Positions 13,653 through 26,699 of a DNA stretch of 64,000 nt are shown one piece after another. Position numbers and translations under genes: made by a program. This DNA comes from Schmidtea nova. Taxonomy: Eukaryota. The notes under the pieces are model-generated. The model saw only the letters and a list, made by a program, of their open reading frames with translations. It was not told the DNA's origin and ran no database searches. Where the stretch lies: positions 513,236,001 to 513,300,000 of the forward strand of contig CM097882.1 in assembly GCA_044892505.1 (NCBI GenBank), read 5' to 3'. Each line of letters opens with the position of its first letter. Position 1 is the first letter of the stretch.

Positions 13653-15904
13653 ACGCTACCTCTTTTAGCGCTGTTTCGTTATAGCGCTTTTTTGATTTTT
13701 TGAAAAAAAATTTATTTTAATTTTAAAATATTTTTTAAAAAGTTTTCTTTTTCTAATTTCATATGAAAATTGATAAAACTTAATTTATAATTCTTGGAAT
13801 CCCTGTTTTTGAAAAGAAAAAGAATATCAAAAATAATTATAATTCGAAGAATCCCAAAATGTGAAATGTTGTATTAAATTGTTCATTTGAAATAGTGATA
13901 TGGTTTTATATAGACCTCAGTAATTTTGATTAAATAAAAAAATTAATTGCTTATAAAAATATGGCAGAGAAAAGAACGGGAGATCCACAGACACATGTTG
14001 CTAAAAATCTAGAAAAAGCCTGAAGTTGGAGATGAAAATGAATGTTATTAGGTGAATTGATAACGGTGAACGACAGTCCGAAGTGTCTTCCAGTCTAGGG
14101 TTGGCTGGATCAACCATAAGAACCATTATTAAAAATACCGATAACATTAAGAAATCCATTTGTACAACAAATTTATTATCTGCCATGAAAGTAAAATGAA
14201 CAAGAAAGACTCAAGTAGAAGAAATGGAGAAATTATTAACATTCTGGATTGATAATCAAACACAGAGAAACAAACCGCTCAACCAGGGCATCATAATGGA
14301 AAAAGCCAAGATATTATATTTAGAGCTTATAAATCGAACTGGAGAAAACTCAACAACGGAGAGTTTTGTTGCAAGCCGAGGCTGATTTGAAAAGTTTAAA
14401 CTACGTGCAAATTTACACAGCATTAGTCTTTCCTGAGAATCTGCCAGTGCCGATAAAGAGTCTGCAGAGGTATTTAAGAAGAGGTTATATGATATTATAA
14501 AGCAGAAGAATTATCCTTGGCAGCTTATTTTCAATTTTGATGAGGCCGGTCTTTTTTGGAAGAAAATGACATCAAAAACATTCATATCCAAAGAAGAAAA
14601 ATCCGCATCAGGTTTTAAAGCCGTGAAAGATCGTTAACCCTAATAATTAGGTGGAAATTCAACTGGAGATTTGAGGATGAAACCGTAACTAATTTACCGC
14701 TCTGAAAATCCCAGGGCAATGAAAGGAATTTCTAAACAATCAATGCTTTGAATGGCAAACAAAAAATCATGGATGACTGCAATTTTATTTAAAAAATGGT
14801 ATCAAGAGCATTTCTGACCTGCTGTAAAATCGTATTGCGAAAAAAATGGATTAGAAAAAAAGCATTGCTGATTCTCGACAATGCTCCTGGACACCCTCAA
14901 AACTTATCAGAATTTCAAACTTGTTTGCCTGTAGAAATTAATTTTACACCTCCAAATACCACATCAATTTTGCAACCGATTGACCAAGGAGTGATTTCAA
15001 CCTCTAAGGCTTATTATATTCGAAAAACTTATAAGCAACCACTTGAAGCAGTTGACAGCAACCAATGTTCCATCAAAGAATTTTGGAAGAAATTTAATAT
15101 CATGAATGCCATAGAAATTATCGGTTCATCATGGAATGAAGCGCAAAAAAGTTGTCTCAAAGGATGTTGGAACTGCTTGCTTATTAAAACGGTTGAAGAT
15201 GAAATAATTGATGAAGTACCACAAGTTATTACTGAAATAACGGAAATAGCAAATGATATTGAATTTGAGGAAGTTGATGATGTGAACATCCAAAAACTAA
15301 TTGAGAGTGATAACAATGGTATCTCCAATGAGGATCTGATTGCTAGTGTATCACAAATTCAGTCAGAAATTGCGGAGCATACGCTAGAAACAGAAGATAT
15401 AACAGAAAATATTTTAACGAAAAAATGTTTGGAACATAATCTAGGGATAATCCAAAATGCCTTAGAAGATTTAAGCGAAAAGGATCCCAATTTTGAAAGG
15501 TCCTGCGCTCTAAAATGAGGAGTAATGAACACTTTATCATCCTACATGGAAATTTTAAAAGAAAAAAGAAAATTATTTAAGCAAGTAAGCTTAGACATGT
15601 TTTTAAAAAAAATAATTAAATATGAATTTACGCCTTTATTTTATGATATGTATTAATATATTTTTTGTTTTTATTGAAATTGTTTTGTTATATTGAATTC
15701 TAATTTATTTTCTAATTTTTAAATGAAGTATAAATGAAATACAAATTTAATTTTAAACTAAAAAAACCATCTTTTTTATTTTTGACTTCAAAGTACCAAA
15801 AAAATTGGTACCATATTTTAGTATAAATAGCTCCTCTTTTAACACTGTTTCTGTTAACGCTCAATTTTCAGGAACGCATTATGAGCGCCAAACGAGGCAT
15901 GCTG
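13653..15904 (+). mobile_element. Tigger/pogo transposon, pseudogenised
   Basis: CENP-B HTH (LGLAGSTIRTIIKN), FVASRG.FEKFK, IFNFDEAGLFWKKM and ALLILDNAPGHP..TTSILQPIDQGVI; degenerate TIRs (cctc.ttt.gcgct) at about 13653 and 15904. Confidence 0.85.
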
Positions 15905-16189
15905 TCATGAGTTGTTAAACTTTACTATGGTTTGCTACCGTTGTTGTGAAGGTTTGGATTCCCTCCCCCTTTTTGTTGGTTTTTATATTTTTTTTATTAA
16001 ATAATAATAATTAGAATTCAAATTAAAAAATTTGAATATCAAGCTTACTATAGTAATTAACTATAGTAAGCTGGGAAAAATCGATCAGAAATATTAAGAA
16101 ATTAAAAATTCAAATTGATAAAATCTGCTATACTAATAGCCAGTTTAAATTCAAAGTGTCAAAGAGCATTAGCAAAAGAAACAAATTGA

Positions 16190-16390
16190 AAGGCTACATT
16201 TCTAGTTAACATACCTTATCTCACATTTGCTACCGATCATTCCAATATTCAAGTATTTCAAGCAGATCAACAATACCCCAATTACATTCCTCAATATCAA
16301 CTTAATCCAACGTTCTTCAAAATCCCACACTTGCAATTGAACATTTCTAGTTGACATACCTTATCTCACATTTACTATTGATCATTTTTA
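16190..16390. repeat. About 45-bp direct repeat (tttctagtt.acataccttatctcacattt.ct..tgatcatt)
   Basis: Copies at about 16199 and 16345. Confidence 0.7.
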
Positions 16391-16625
16391 AAACGATCTC
16401 TAACCAGAGGAACAAATTATAACAAAGTGAGCAATTAAAAATCCTGAAGAAACCCATTATTAAAGGAACCATTTGTAAAGTAACCTTTTCGTAGTTTTAG
16501 ATTGTTGTTTAATAAAAGTTCTATATTAATTACTTATTTATAAATATTGTATTCAACCGCAAACACACAGATACATAGCAAACACCCCGAGTGTCTACAC
16601 ACAGTCATTGTAAGAATCTCTCGGG

Positions 16626-16645
16626 CGAGAGAGAGAGAGAGAGAT
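16626..16645. repeat. (GA)n microsatellite
   Basis: Short GA run. Confidence 0.8.
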
Positions 16646-17059
16646 TTCCTTTGTTTTATTTCCAAAATAAATTTTAAAAAACAAAATTTGTTTTATTAAA
16701 ATTTGACGTAATAAAATTAAGTATATATACTTTGCAAGATCTTACTTGATTATTAAATGATGGATTTTACGGTTATATTTTAAATATCTTTTGTTATAAA
16801 AATTTTATGAATATATCTTTGTTTGATTTTTTTTATTATAAATATATATCTGTGGTTATTTTATACTAAAATTGCAAGCATATTATTGATTTTTTTAAAT
16901 GATATATAATAAAAATAAAAACGCAATTTAAAAAAATATATTATTACAATATATTTCGACAAATTCAATAAAATAAAAATTGATCTTATTTATACGTTTA
17001 TTAGTGATTAAATAATCACGTTCACCATCCAATAAAACTTTTATTAATCATAGTAAAAT

Positions 17060-18500
17060 TAATTAGAACTTCTCAAAATGCATGTAGATATCAAAGCCTC
17101 ACAATTCACACTTTCATAATAATTTTAAAAACCCCTAGACAATATTTTGAAATTAGAAATATCAATGCTTTTCTTGCATGTCTTATTATGCTCAATAATA
17201 TTACTATTTCCGCTCTTTCTGGCATGCTCTTGAACTTGTGTACAGAGATGACGGGCAGTTTCTCCAATGTATGTGACGTTACATCCATTACAAATAAAAC
17301 AATATACTAGATCAGAACACAGACCATATGGCGTCACAGATTTATTACTGAACATGTCCAAACTTTGCAAGACTTAGAAATTATTTTAACATTAGTATTT
17401 CCAATATTTTTTATATTTTCTAAAATTTACAAATCCCTCAGAAAATGGTAAAACTATAACAGAACCAATGCCATCCTTCAAATTATTTTTATTTATTTCA
17501 TTATTATTACTATCAACATGGTGATTCATACACATTACAACATCAAGCTTCAATCAAAGGAACACTATCAAGGGAATTAAACAGATCAACACCAGGTGAA
17601 ATTTTGTCATAATCACATTCAACTTATTAATATACTTATCAACAGTTTTACCCCCATTCCTTGCAAGGAACATTGTAGTAACTTTAGTAATTTATCAATA
17701 CTATTTATAGATTTACAATAAGTTGACAGTAATGTCCAAGAATGATAAACCAATCCCTTATCATATTTCTTTTATATTTAAAATCACAAAAGCTTTCCGG
17801 TGATGTATACAAACCAGTATCTGTTGTTTTCCTATAAATTTCAGTTTCAAAATTTTTATCTTTCTTTTCAATTAACAAAACAAGAAATTATATTTTAGAA
17901 CTAATTTCCTCTTCAAAAGAAAAATTTAATATTTTTATGTAAATTATTCATATAATACAAAAAGACTCAACGTGTTCTTTATTCTTAAATACAAGAAAGA
18001 TATCATCAACATAACGTTTGTATACTAAAAGTTTATTCACACTACAATTTGTACAAATTATTTTTTATACTTGACATGGAAATAGAAGCCAGTGTAGGAA
18101 CTAAAGGTGAGTCCATGACAACACCGTCAATCTGTTTATACCATTGATTATCAAAGGTAAAATCGACATTAGAAGTGGCAAATATAAAAAGTTTACGAAA
18201 AGCAACAGCATCAATAATATTAGGTAGTAAACTGTTGACACTCTATAAATTGAAACAAATATCAATCGTTTCTATTAAAAAAGGCTAGCCACGTCAAACG
18301 AAACCATAAAATTATCATTCCCCCGCTTATTTAAATTTACTATAAAATAGACAAACTCAAAGCTATCTTAACATTCATATTCAGTCTTAATCAAGGGCTT
18401 CAACAAACTATCTAAAGACTTAGCAAATCTGTATTGTGAAGTTTGAATTATTGACAATATAGCTCTCATAGGTAAATTATCTTTATGAACTTTTGAAGAC
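17060..18500 (-). mobile_element. Penelope-like retroelement: decayed RT plus GIY-YIG endonuclease
   Basis: FDVASLF..ETIDI, WYKQIDGVVMDSPLVPTLA and CNGCNVTYIGETARHL..VQEH. Confidence 0.85.
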
Positions 18501-21047
18501 CATATAATTTAGCAGGTTGTCCCCCGAGGCCAAAGTGAACTAGTGTTGAGGTTCCCAGAATCTCAACTTGATATATTTTATAAATAAATAAGATAACACT
18601 GGTTCGTATTAAATTTTTATTAAATAAAAAAATGATAAATCAAAATCAAACAACTTTTTTCAAATCAAAATTTGTTGTGTCTAAATGTGTTATGATTGTA
18701 ATATATGATGCGTGAATGCTGCTTTGAGCTCGATTTATTGTATGCTCTATTTTAATGTTATAGTCGATAACAACTATAAGATTTTTAATCGCAATGATTT
18801 TTGGGGTGATCCTACTGAGGGAAACCTTAGTTTATATAGTTATTTTTTGTGGTCCTTGACTTCAAGTGGTAAGGATCATCAAACGTCAATAATATTGTTT
18901 TTTGTAAACAATTTTTCTATTTTTAAGTTTAATTACTATTTTTAGTGTCATCTTTATTCCCAGCATCCCTGAGGTTAAAAATGTATTAATCTATATCTGG
19001 TTGATACCTATACTTTATTTATACTATTAATTTTCTAATAATTTTTTTATATCTGTCTGTTTCTTTATTATTTATTTTTTTTGTTTTAATTGATGTAGAA
19101 TTTTTTTTTAATAATCTTGCCGTTACATGCTTTTGTAAATGCATCTATAAAAATGGAATGAAACATGGTGTAAAAAATTATTTCACACAAGATAATTGAT
19201 ACCATCCAATGTATTAATATAATGAAGTAAATCTGTAATGTCGAGTCAAAAAATGAAGGATTATTCATATATTTTACAAATTCCTTTAAGGCACTAATTT
19301 GTGTATTCATAATCACTTTATTATCTGGTATCCAATTTTGTAAAAGAATCGTATGAGATTTAAAGAGATAAAACTATTTAGAAAATTAAACAAATTGATA
19401 AAACCTATAAAATCTATTATTAAATGAGAAAATTTCAAATATTAATATATTAAATATTAAAACTTATTAATATTATTAATCTATATTAACATTAATTATA
19501 TTATTATTATTACAATTATTGTTATCATTATTAATATTATTATTATTATAATTATTTACTAATTGCTCTCAATGAGCATTTAATTTTTTTCTTACTCGTT
19601 GAGAGCGTTCCCTGCACCTGAAAAGCACCAATATACTGCTCTTAATAAGCTTATATGAATTCTTATGACGCTTTGCGTCAAACAAATTTAAAAATAAATT
19701 TTTTATGTATAATAATTGATTAGCCCCTAGAAGGCGATAAAAATATATATGTATATATCTGTATGGGGGTCCTGGCCCGGGATAATATTTGATTTTTTTA
19801 ATTACATCGTTGCCATGTTTAAAATATGTTTATAGACAGAAATAATGATCAATACATTAAAATCGATAAATTATAACACAAACAAAATTATAATAAAGTC
19901 CATCAATTATACACAAATTGTCATTACATTCAGTTTAAATAAAAATAACAAATAAGAACATTTAAATATTATTGTCATCACATAATTAAATAAAACATTT
20001 AAATATAATTGTCATCACATTATTTTTACCAAATAAAACATTTATTTGTCAACATTGTTATTCAGTTTCATATTTGGTTTGATATTGGATTTCATTAGTT
20101 TTTGTTGTCATCTTGGTTTATGTACACATTCACTCTGTATTTATTTATCCCTATGCTATAATATTTTAGTTTTATTATTTTTACTATCCTTCCATCTTCT
20201 AACACTAGCAATTTCCTTATCTATATGGTTATTTAAAATTAAGTTATGAAGTAGAGATATTCATATGGTTTCATCTTTTAAAGGTGTTAATTTCTCATTA
20301 TTTCGAAACAAATTATTATGAAAGTGTGAATTGTGAGGCTTTTATGATACAATCATTTTATCCTAAAATAAACACAAAATGCAATATCTACAATGTCCCT
20401 TAAAAGACAAAAAATTTTAAAAATCACAAAATCATTGTCCTCACCCCTTAGAAAGTTGCTCCCATATAAGAAACTAAGTTTGGGAAAATATTTAATTGAT
20501 CACTGTTGATTCAGGGTATGCGCCAGTTGTTTTAAGTTTTTATAAATTTTGTGCAAATTTAAATACTCTCAAAGCTATCTATTTTCCTCAGCATTCAAAA
20601 TACCTTACAGAACAGAAATTAATAAAAATTTTAGAAAAATTAAGTGTGAAATGGTTACTGTCAACGATGGTACAGAAGGTGAAGACACGTGTTTTTTTAA
20701 AAACGCAAATAATACAGCATTTAAACAAGTCAACTTCATACATTTCAATACCAAATTAATTTCACTAATAAAATAAAGTTCTTATGATTAAATTAAAAAA
20801 TAGAACGAATTTGTCTTATGTCTTTCAAAAGTTATTGACAAAAGACAGAAAATAGAACAATGCAGTAATTTAATTTGGAATGAACCTTATTATTATTTTG
20901 TTTTAATTTTTTATAAATTTTGTGCAAATTTAAATACTCTGAGAGTTATCTATTTTCTAATACGGAGTAGGTATAAGTGCTTACAGTTCATTTTTAATTA
21001 TCAAACCATGTTAATTGCATTATTTATATTTCCTTATTGCTTTAGTA

Positions 21048-22971
21048 TGAATTGTATTACGAGAAGTAATGCAAATGTGTATCTACTTGGATCAATAAAG
21101 GAAACTCTTGCTGGAGCTAAATTGCCTTCCATTGGTGATGTAATGGGTTCTTAATCTGCAAAAACTGCAGACCTGTGCTGAAAGTAAACATGATGCTGCG
21201 TTACAAACAATAATTGAAGTGGAGGAGTTTTGGAATAGAGCACGGATTCCAGTAAGAGCACGTCACCGTGCCGTTAAACAGCTTGAAAAGAAAATGACAA
21301 GGTGGGAAAATCTCAAGAAATGCAAAGGACGCCAATCTACAACACAAACTGCAAATGAAGACGAGCTAAAGCAGACATTCGCTGACCCCTTTGATATTGC
21401 TCATGAAGACGCCTTGGTATTAATTAAAATTGAAGAAGATCGACAGTTTCTGTTAGCTCAAAGAGAAAAAGGACGAATTGGTTCAATGACTAGTGTGGAT
21501 ACGTCTCCAGCGCGGAAAGAAAAGAAAGCTTCTGCAAAACAAGAGAAACGATTAAAATTTGAAAGAAAACAGAAAGAAGAGTGTAATTCATCACAACTCA
21601 AGGCAGCTATTTCTTTAAGCGAGACTAAATCCAATGATGAAGACACTTCAGATTCCATATTTGGAAATGGCAATGGAAGTCAAACCCCTCGGAAGTGTAA
21701 AAGAGGCAGACGAACTGTGTTGACGCCTGAAGTTTTGTCATCTCTTGATCGCACAAAAACCAGCATCCGTTCGGCTGTTCACAATCTGTCAGTAGCTGTC
21801 CAAGCATCTGCATGAGATGTAGCTCGTCTCATGCATCGTTCTGTCACGACAGCTCACGTGAAAGAAAAGTTTGATCCTAAAAAACCACTGGTTTTTCATT
21901 TCGATGGCAAAATACTGAAAGATGTGACAGGAGAGCAGAATGTGGGCCGACTTGTCATAATCGTTTCAGGCTCAGGAACTGAGCAGCTCCTTGCTATTCC
22001 CAGACTGTCAAATGGTAAAGGTAAAGAAATTGCCAATGCTCTAGTAGAATCAGTGACTTCATGGGGTCTACAGGAACGCATCAAAGGTCAATATGGCGCT
22101 GCAAGGAGACATAGCTGAGATGATTCAATTCGGCACCAATCAACTACAAAACGTGCTGCCACGTCATGACTAGATGGAACTCCTTGAATTAGTGATCATC
22201 TTCCTGGGCGGCGTTCCACCACGTGGAGTTCATTTTCTCAAACCTGGAGCTTTGCATCGCGCACGGTTTATGGCGAAGCTGTTGTATTCCTACAAAATAT
22301 TCCTGTTCCGAGACACAAATTTCAAGCTTACGGAATGCGAAAGGAAAAGATTGGCCGAAGTGTGCTTATTTGGGGTGCAAGCGTATGTCAAATCGTGGTT
22401 GTTGTGTTAAGTTCCTTCAATGGCTCCCTCTAACGACTTACAACTGCTGAAGAAGCTGGCTATTCTCAATTCCGTAGCATCAAAATGTGCTCTCAATAAA
22501 TTACTCGGTCATCTCTGGTACTTGAGTGAAGATTTAGTGGCTCTTGCGTTATTTGATCGAGAATTGTGTGTCGAGGAAAAGAAGAGCATGGTGAATGAAC
22601 TGCAAAAGAAAGCTATACCTAATCCCAAGAAACGAATCACGATTAAGAAAGAATACGTCCCTGACCTACAGTTGCACAATTTTGTCACTAGCAATTCTTT
22701 GAAGATATTTAAATTGCTATCATTATCTGAGACCTTCTTGGAAGCTGATCGAATCACTTGGATCATAAGAGAAGATTATTTATATGGCAAAGAAATTGTG
22801 CGACAATTGAGAGTCACAAATGACACAGCAGAGAGAGGAATTGCTATGATTCAAGAATTCAGCGGCTTGCTGACAAAGTACGAGGAACAGACTCAGTTTG
22901 CATTACGTGAGCATCGCAAGAAGTTTCCCAAGTGCAGCAAGAACACTATTTTGCAAAATATGCCCAAATGA
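21048..22971 (+). pseudogene. hATm-family transposase, internally deleted near 22088 and interrupted by stops; right TIR-like gggacactcta ends at 23239
   Basis: FWNRARIP, FDIAHEDAL, LVFHFDGKIL, EQLLAIP, PGALHRARFM, GHLWYLSEDLVALALFD and VTNDTAERGI; the expected FDTT..NTG segment is missing. Confidence 0.8.
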
Positions 22972-24136
22972 TTATAACACGATGTTTTTCTTATGTTCGT
23001 TGCTATTCAGTCGAAAATATAAAGCAATATAAAAAATGTAAAACGAACAGTTCAGTTTTTTGTTAGATTATTGGCTGCTCAGACGGCATTTAACATATTG
23101 AAATTTTCAATTCGTTTGTGCATTCCCTTAAAATCGTTTTGTGGCAAATTTTTTGCATAAAGTTTTTTTTTCATAGAGGGACTACACTGAAAGGGCGAGA
23201 GGGTAGTTATTCGAAACTCGAAAAATAAGGGACACTCTAATCTAAATGCATTTTCAGAGTTTTTAATTAATTTTACTAGGATTAATAAAAGTTTTATTGG
23301 ATTGTGCACATAAGATTATGTTATCACTAATAAACGTATAAATAAGATCAATTTTTATTTTATTGAATTTGACAGCGGAGCTGTCGAAATATATCGTAAT
23401 AATATATTTTAAAAAATGGTGTTCTTTTATCAATTTGAATAAATTGTCATTTTTATTTAATAGTTTATTTAAATGATATATAAGTTTAAAAATTTTCAAG
23501 GCTCATTCGAGTATTGGCTACGTCATTATTGCAGTTACTCGAATTGAAATAATAAATTTCATTTTCTAAATATGAATTATTCAGCAAATTGTTTTTGAAT
23601 TAATATATATCATATGATATAAATAAAAAATATATATTAACATTGTTTTCAAAATAAATTAATTTTAGGCTCTATAAACGCCAAATACTGTCAATCATCA
23701 TGGCACAGCAATAATTACCATGAAAAAGTATTATTTAATTAAAAATTATAATAAAAATTATTTTATGCGTCCAGATTGTAAAATCCGGAAAAAATTTCCT
23801 ATTTTGAATTTAACAGTATCATAGAAATCATTTGTCAGTTTTCAGTAATTAGCAAGAAATTGTTATTTAATGAAAATCGGTTCATTTTTAAAACCTATGT
23901 TCCAATTCTTAAAAGAACAGCACCGATAAATAATCGGATAATGCCACAGCATTATCACCATGACTTTTGATTCGCTAAACGGTAAAATAAAATTCGATTC
24001 ATTTTAGTTTTTTAGCTTTATATAATTAATTTTTTTCCGGTTAATTTTTTTGGAGTACTTTTGAGTTATTATTGAATCAATTACACAATTATTATTAATA
24101 TCACAATAAATACAAACTTATTGCATAAATTTAGAT

Positions 24137-24430
24137 ACAAATATGTTAAATATAAAACAAAGCAGCTATGCACTCAACATTCATCTGTTATAGTTCCGAC
24201 TTAGATAATCACAAATACCTTACAAACAGTTTTTATATGCACAATCATCATGATTATTAAACGGAATAATATATTTACAAATATGTTAAATATAAAACAA
24301 AGCAGCTATACACTCAACATGCATCTGTTATAGTTCCGACTTAGATTCAACGACTTAGATAATCACAAATACCTTACAAACAGTTTTTATATGAACAATC
24401 ATCATGATTATTAAACGGAATAATATATTT
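24137..24430. repeat. Tandem duplication (140 bp plus 154 bp)
   Basis: Units 24137-24276 and 24277-24430; the second has a 14-bp internal duplication. Confidence 0.9.
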
Positions 24431-24659
24431 TCCAAAACACATTAAATTAATTTCATTGAATACAGGATGATTCTCTATGTAAGGAAACATTCCTTCAATA
24501 GATTTTCTTTCCTTTGATTGATTACATAAAAATCCCTCTTTCATCTAAATCTTTCAAAATACGCGTTGGTGAGAAATTATCCGGAAATATCCAATTATTT
24601 GGTTTTAAAAAAATTGTCAACATTGATTACACATAATTCTTTTATTAAAAATACTTTAA

Positions 24660-25452
24660 ATTTACAAATATCAAGTCATTTTCTTTACAAATACAATCAC
24701 AATTTTATGATGTTTATAGTAAAGAACTGTGTATTAACAATTATGGCTTTATTTACATTATCCAACAAATGTAAATAAAGAATTCTTTTCCAATTTGATT
24801 TGCTTATTAGAACTAAATGAATAAAATTTGTCTTTCTAGTATGAAGTCCAATTGATGTCCGGCCAACATTGATGGCTCAACGTGAACTTTTCTCAACTTT
24901 AATTTTGCATCTAATATTTGATAAAGTAATCTGATTTTGACACTGACACCGGGAATCAGATATTTAAGCTAATCCTTTTATAAATTTTTTTTCTATCTTC
25001 ATCAGTTGCAGCATATCCTATTGGCATCAAATATATATTTTTTAATCAGTATTGTAATTTATCATTGTTTCAATTAAAGCTTTTTGAGCATATTGATTGT
25101 TTTTGCCTTTTACTTTAATACTATTAAAACTCAAAATCACATCCTTCAACAGAACATTAAACTTGTAATTGACTGTCATAACATATGAAATTTCACCCAA
25201 AGCTTTCCCATCTTTATCGTTAACGTTTAATTGAAAAAAACAATAATGTATCACTGAAATCCAAATACATAGTTTGACTAGAACTAATTCTAAACTCAAA
25301 TATTTTAGATATTTATAATTGTATAGAATGAAAAAATTTCCTGAAAAGTCTCAAACTCAATTAACTCAATCAGGCAGACGATCAAAAATACGCAATTCAG
25401 ATTTTCCACTGATAATTTTTATTCAAGGATAGTTCTATGTTCCTTCATCCAT
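24660..25452 (-). pseudogene. Polinton/Maverick major capsid protein, decayed
   Basis: KSELRIFD, MYLDFSDT, FNVLLKDVILSFNS..NNQYAQKALIETMINY, KYLIPGVSVKIRL and DAKLKLRKVHVEPS resemble Polinton MCP motifs. Confidence 0.75.
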
Positions 25453-25459
25453 TTTTAAC

Positions 25460-25768
25460 ACGCACACTATTGTTTTTTTCATTTTTTAGAAGCAGTCAGT
25501 TTCGGAGTAATTGTTTCTTCTTTCTTTTGAAACACGTCTACTACCGATTTCAATTAAAGCATAACATCACTGATAAAATCTTTTGATAACCCATAATCAC
25601 ATATTTAGCTGTTTTCATACCAAAACTCACAGTAAGTTTAAGAATGGATAATCTAAATCTGCCTATTATTTTCAATCATCCTAAACCATACTGCTTACCC
25701 ATAAAATATGGTAATTTGCCACCATTTTGAGATGAGCTATACATTGGAATTATATCTTGATTAGCCAT
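25460..25768 (-). pseudogene. Polinton/Maverick small core-like protein (QxGxG family), decayed
   Basis: MANQDIIPMYSSSQNGGKLPYFMGKQYGLG*LKIIGRF; start codon abuts the stop of the upstream penton-like gene (TAA-ATG). Confidence 0.65.
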
Positions 25769-26380
25769 TTATTTTCGAATTATCAAATGAGTTTTTGAAT
25801 CTTTAGCAAAATCAATTAATTTTCCATTATCATGTCTAATATTTATTTCTATAATGTTTATATACATGATGCCGATATCGGCAAGTATATCGGATTCTAT
25901 CTATGGGATTTCTCGTCAGCAGTTTTCGAATTTTGCAATATACTTTTCAATTCATATTTTTCATTATAATCTGTAAGGATTAATTTCATGAAATCCGTTT
26001 CATTTTTTGGTAGCTTGAATTCACGGGCACTAATTGACTTTCTGATGAAAGTTTATCGTGTTATTCCACGAATTGAAAAATAATCTATCGCTTTTAGTTT
26101 GGAAATTTTTATTTCTAAACAATCCTTTTTACAAAATCTGTGACAATTTTAGGTTTTTTGAATATAAAATATATTCGTAGATCTAGAATACTCGTTACTT
26201 TTTAGTAAAATCATATGAAAAGTTTTATGATGAGTTGTCATTGTATCTATTGATCCACGTGAGTAAAGTAAAATTTTCTTACAAATTAGATATAGTGTTA
26301 TTGAAATCAATGGAATTTTTTTCAAAATATTGCCAAACTGGTGAATTCAAATCTTTTGTAGTACTAATTTTCAATCTTTA
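25769..26380 (-). pseudogene. Polinton minor capsid (penton)-like gene 2, decayed
   Basis: C-terminus YLPISASCINIIEINIRHDNGKLIDFAKDSKTHLIIRK*; N-terminal NSIDFNNTISN. Confidence 0.65.
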
Positions 26381-26699
26381 AAGGGTTTAAAATAAAAAAA
26401 TATTTCAATATTTCAATTTATTTTTTTTAATATTATCATTATCTTTTTATGCAATTTTGCTTTTAAAGTTATTTATTTACCTCTGATATATTAAATCAAA
26501 TAGACTTTTTTTAAAAAAAAATATCAACACTGCATTAAACTTTCCTTATGTATTAAACAAAAAAATTCTAAGTATTGTACCACATTATGATATTGGCATG
26601 GAATCCTTGATTCTTATGACTTTAATTTCGTATTTATTGACCAGCGACCATTGCATAGAAAATTTTAAAAATAGATTAATAAACTTTATAAATCTCTTT

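Noticed and set aside
18845-18885. TTGATGA-TCCTT...AAGGA near the Penelope 5' end
   Set aside because: Stem II is present but the GAAA half-core is absent; at most a relic.
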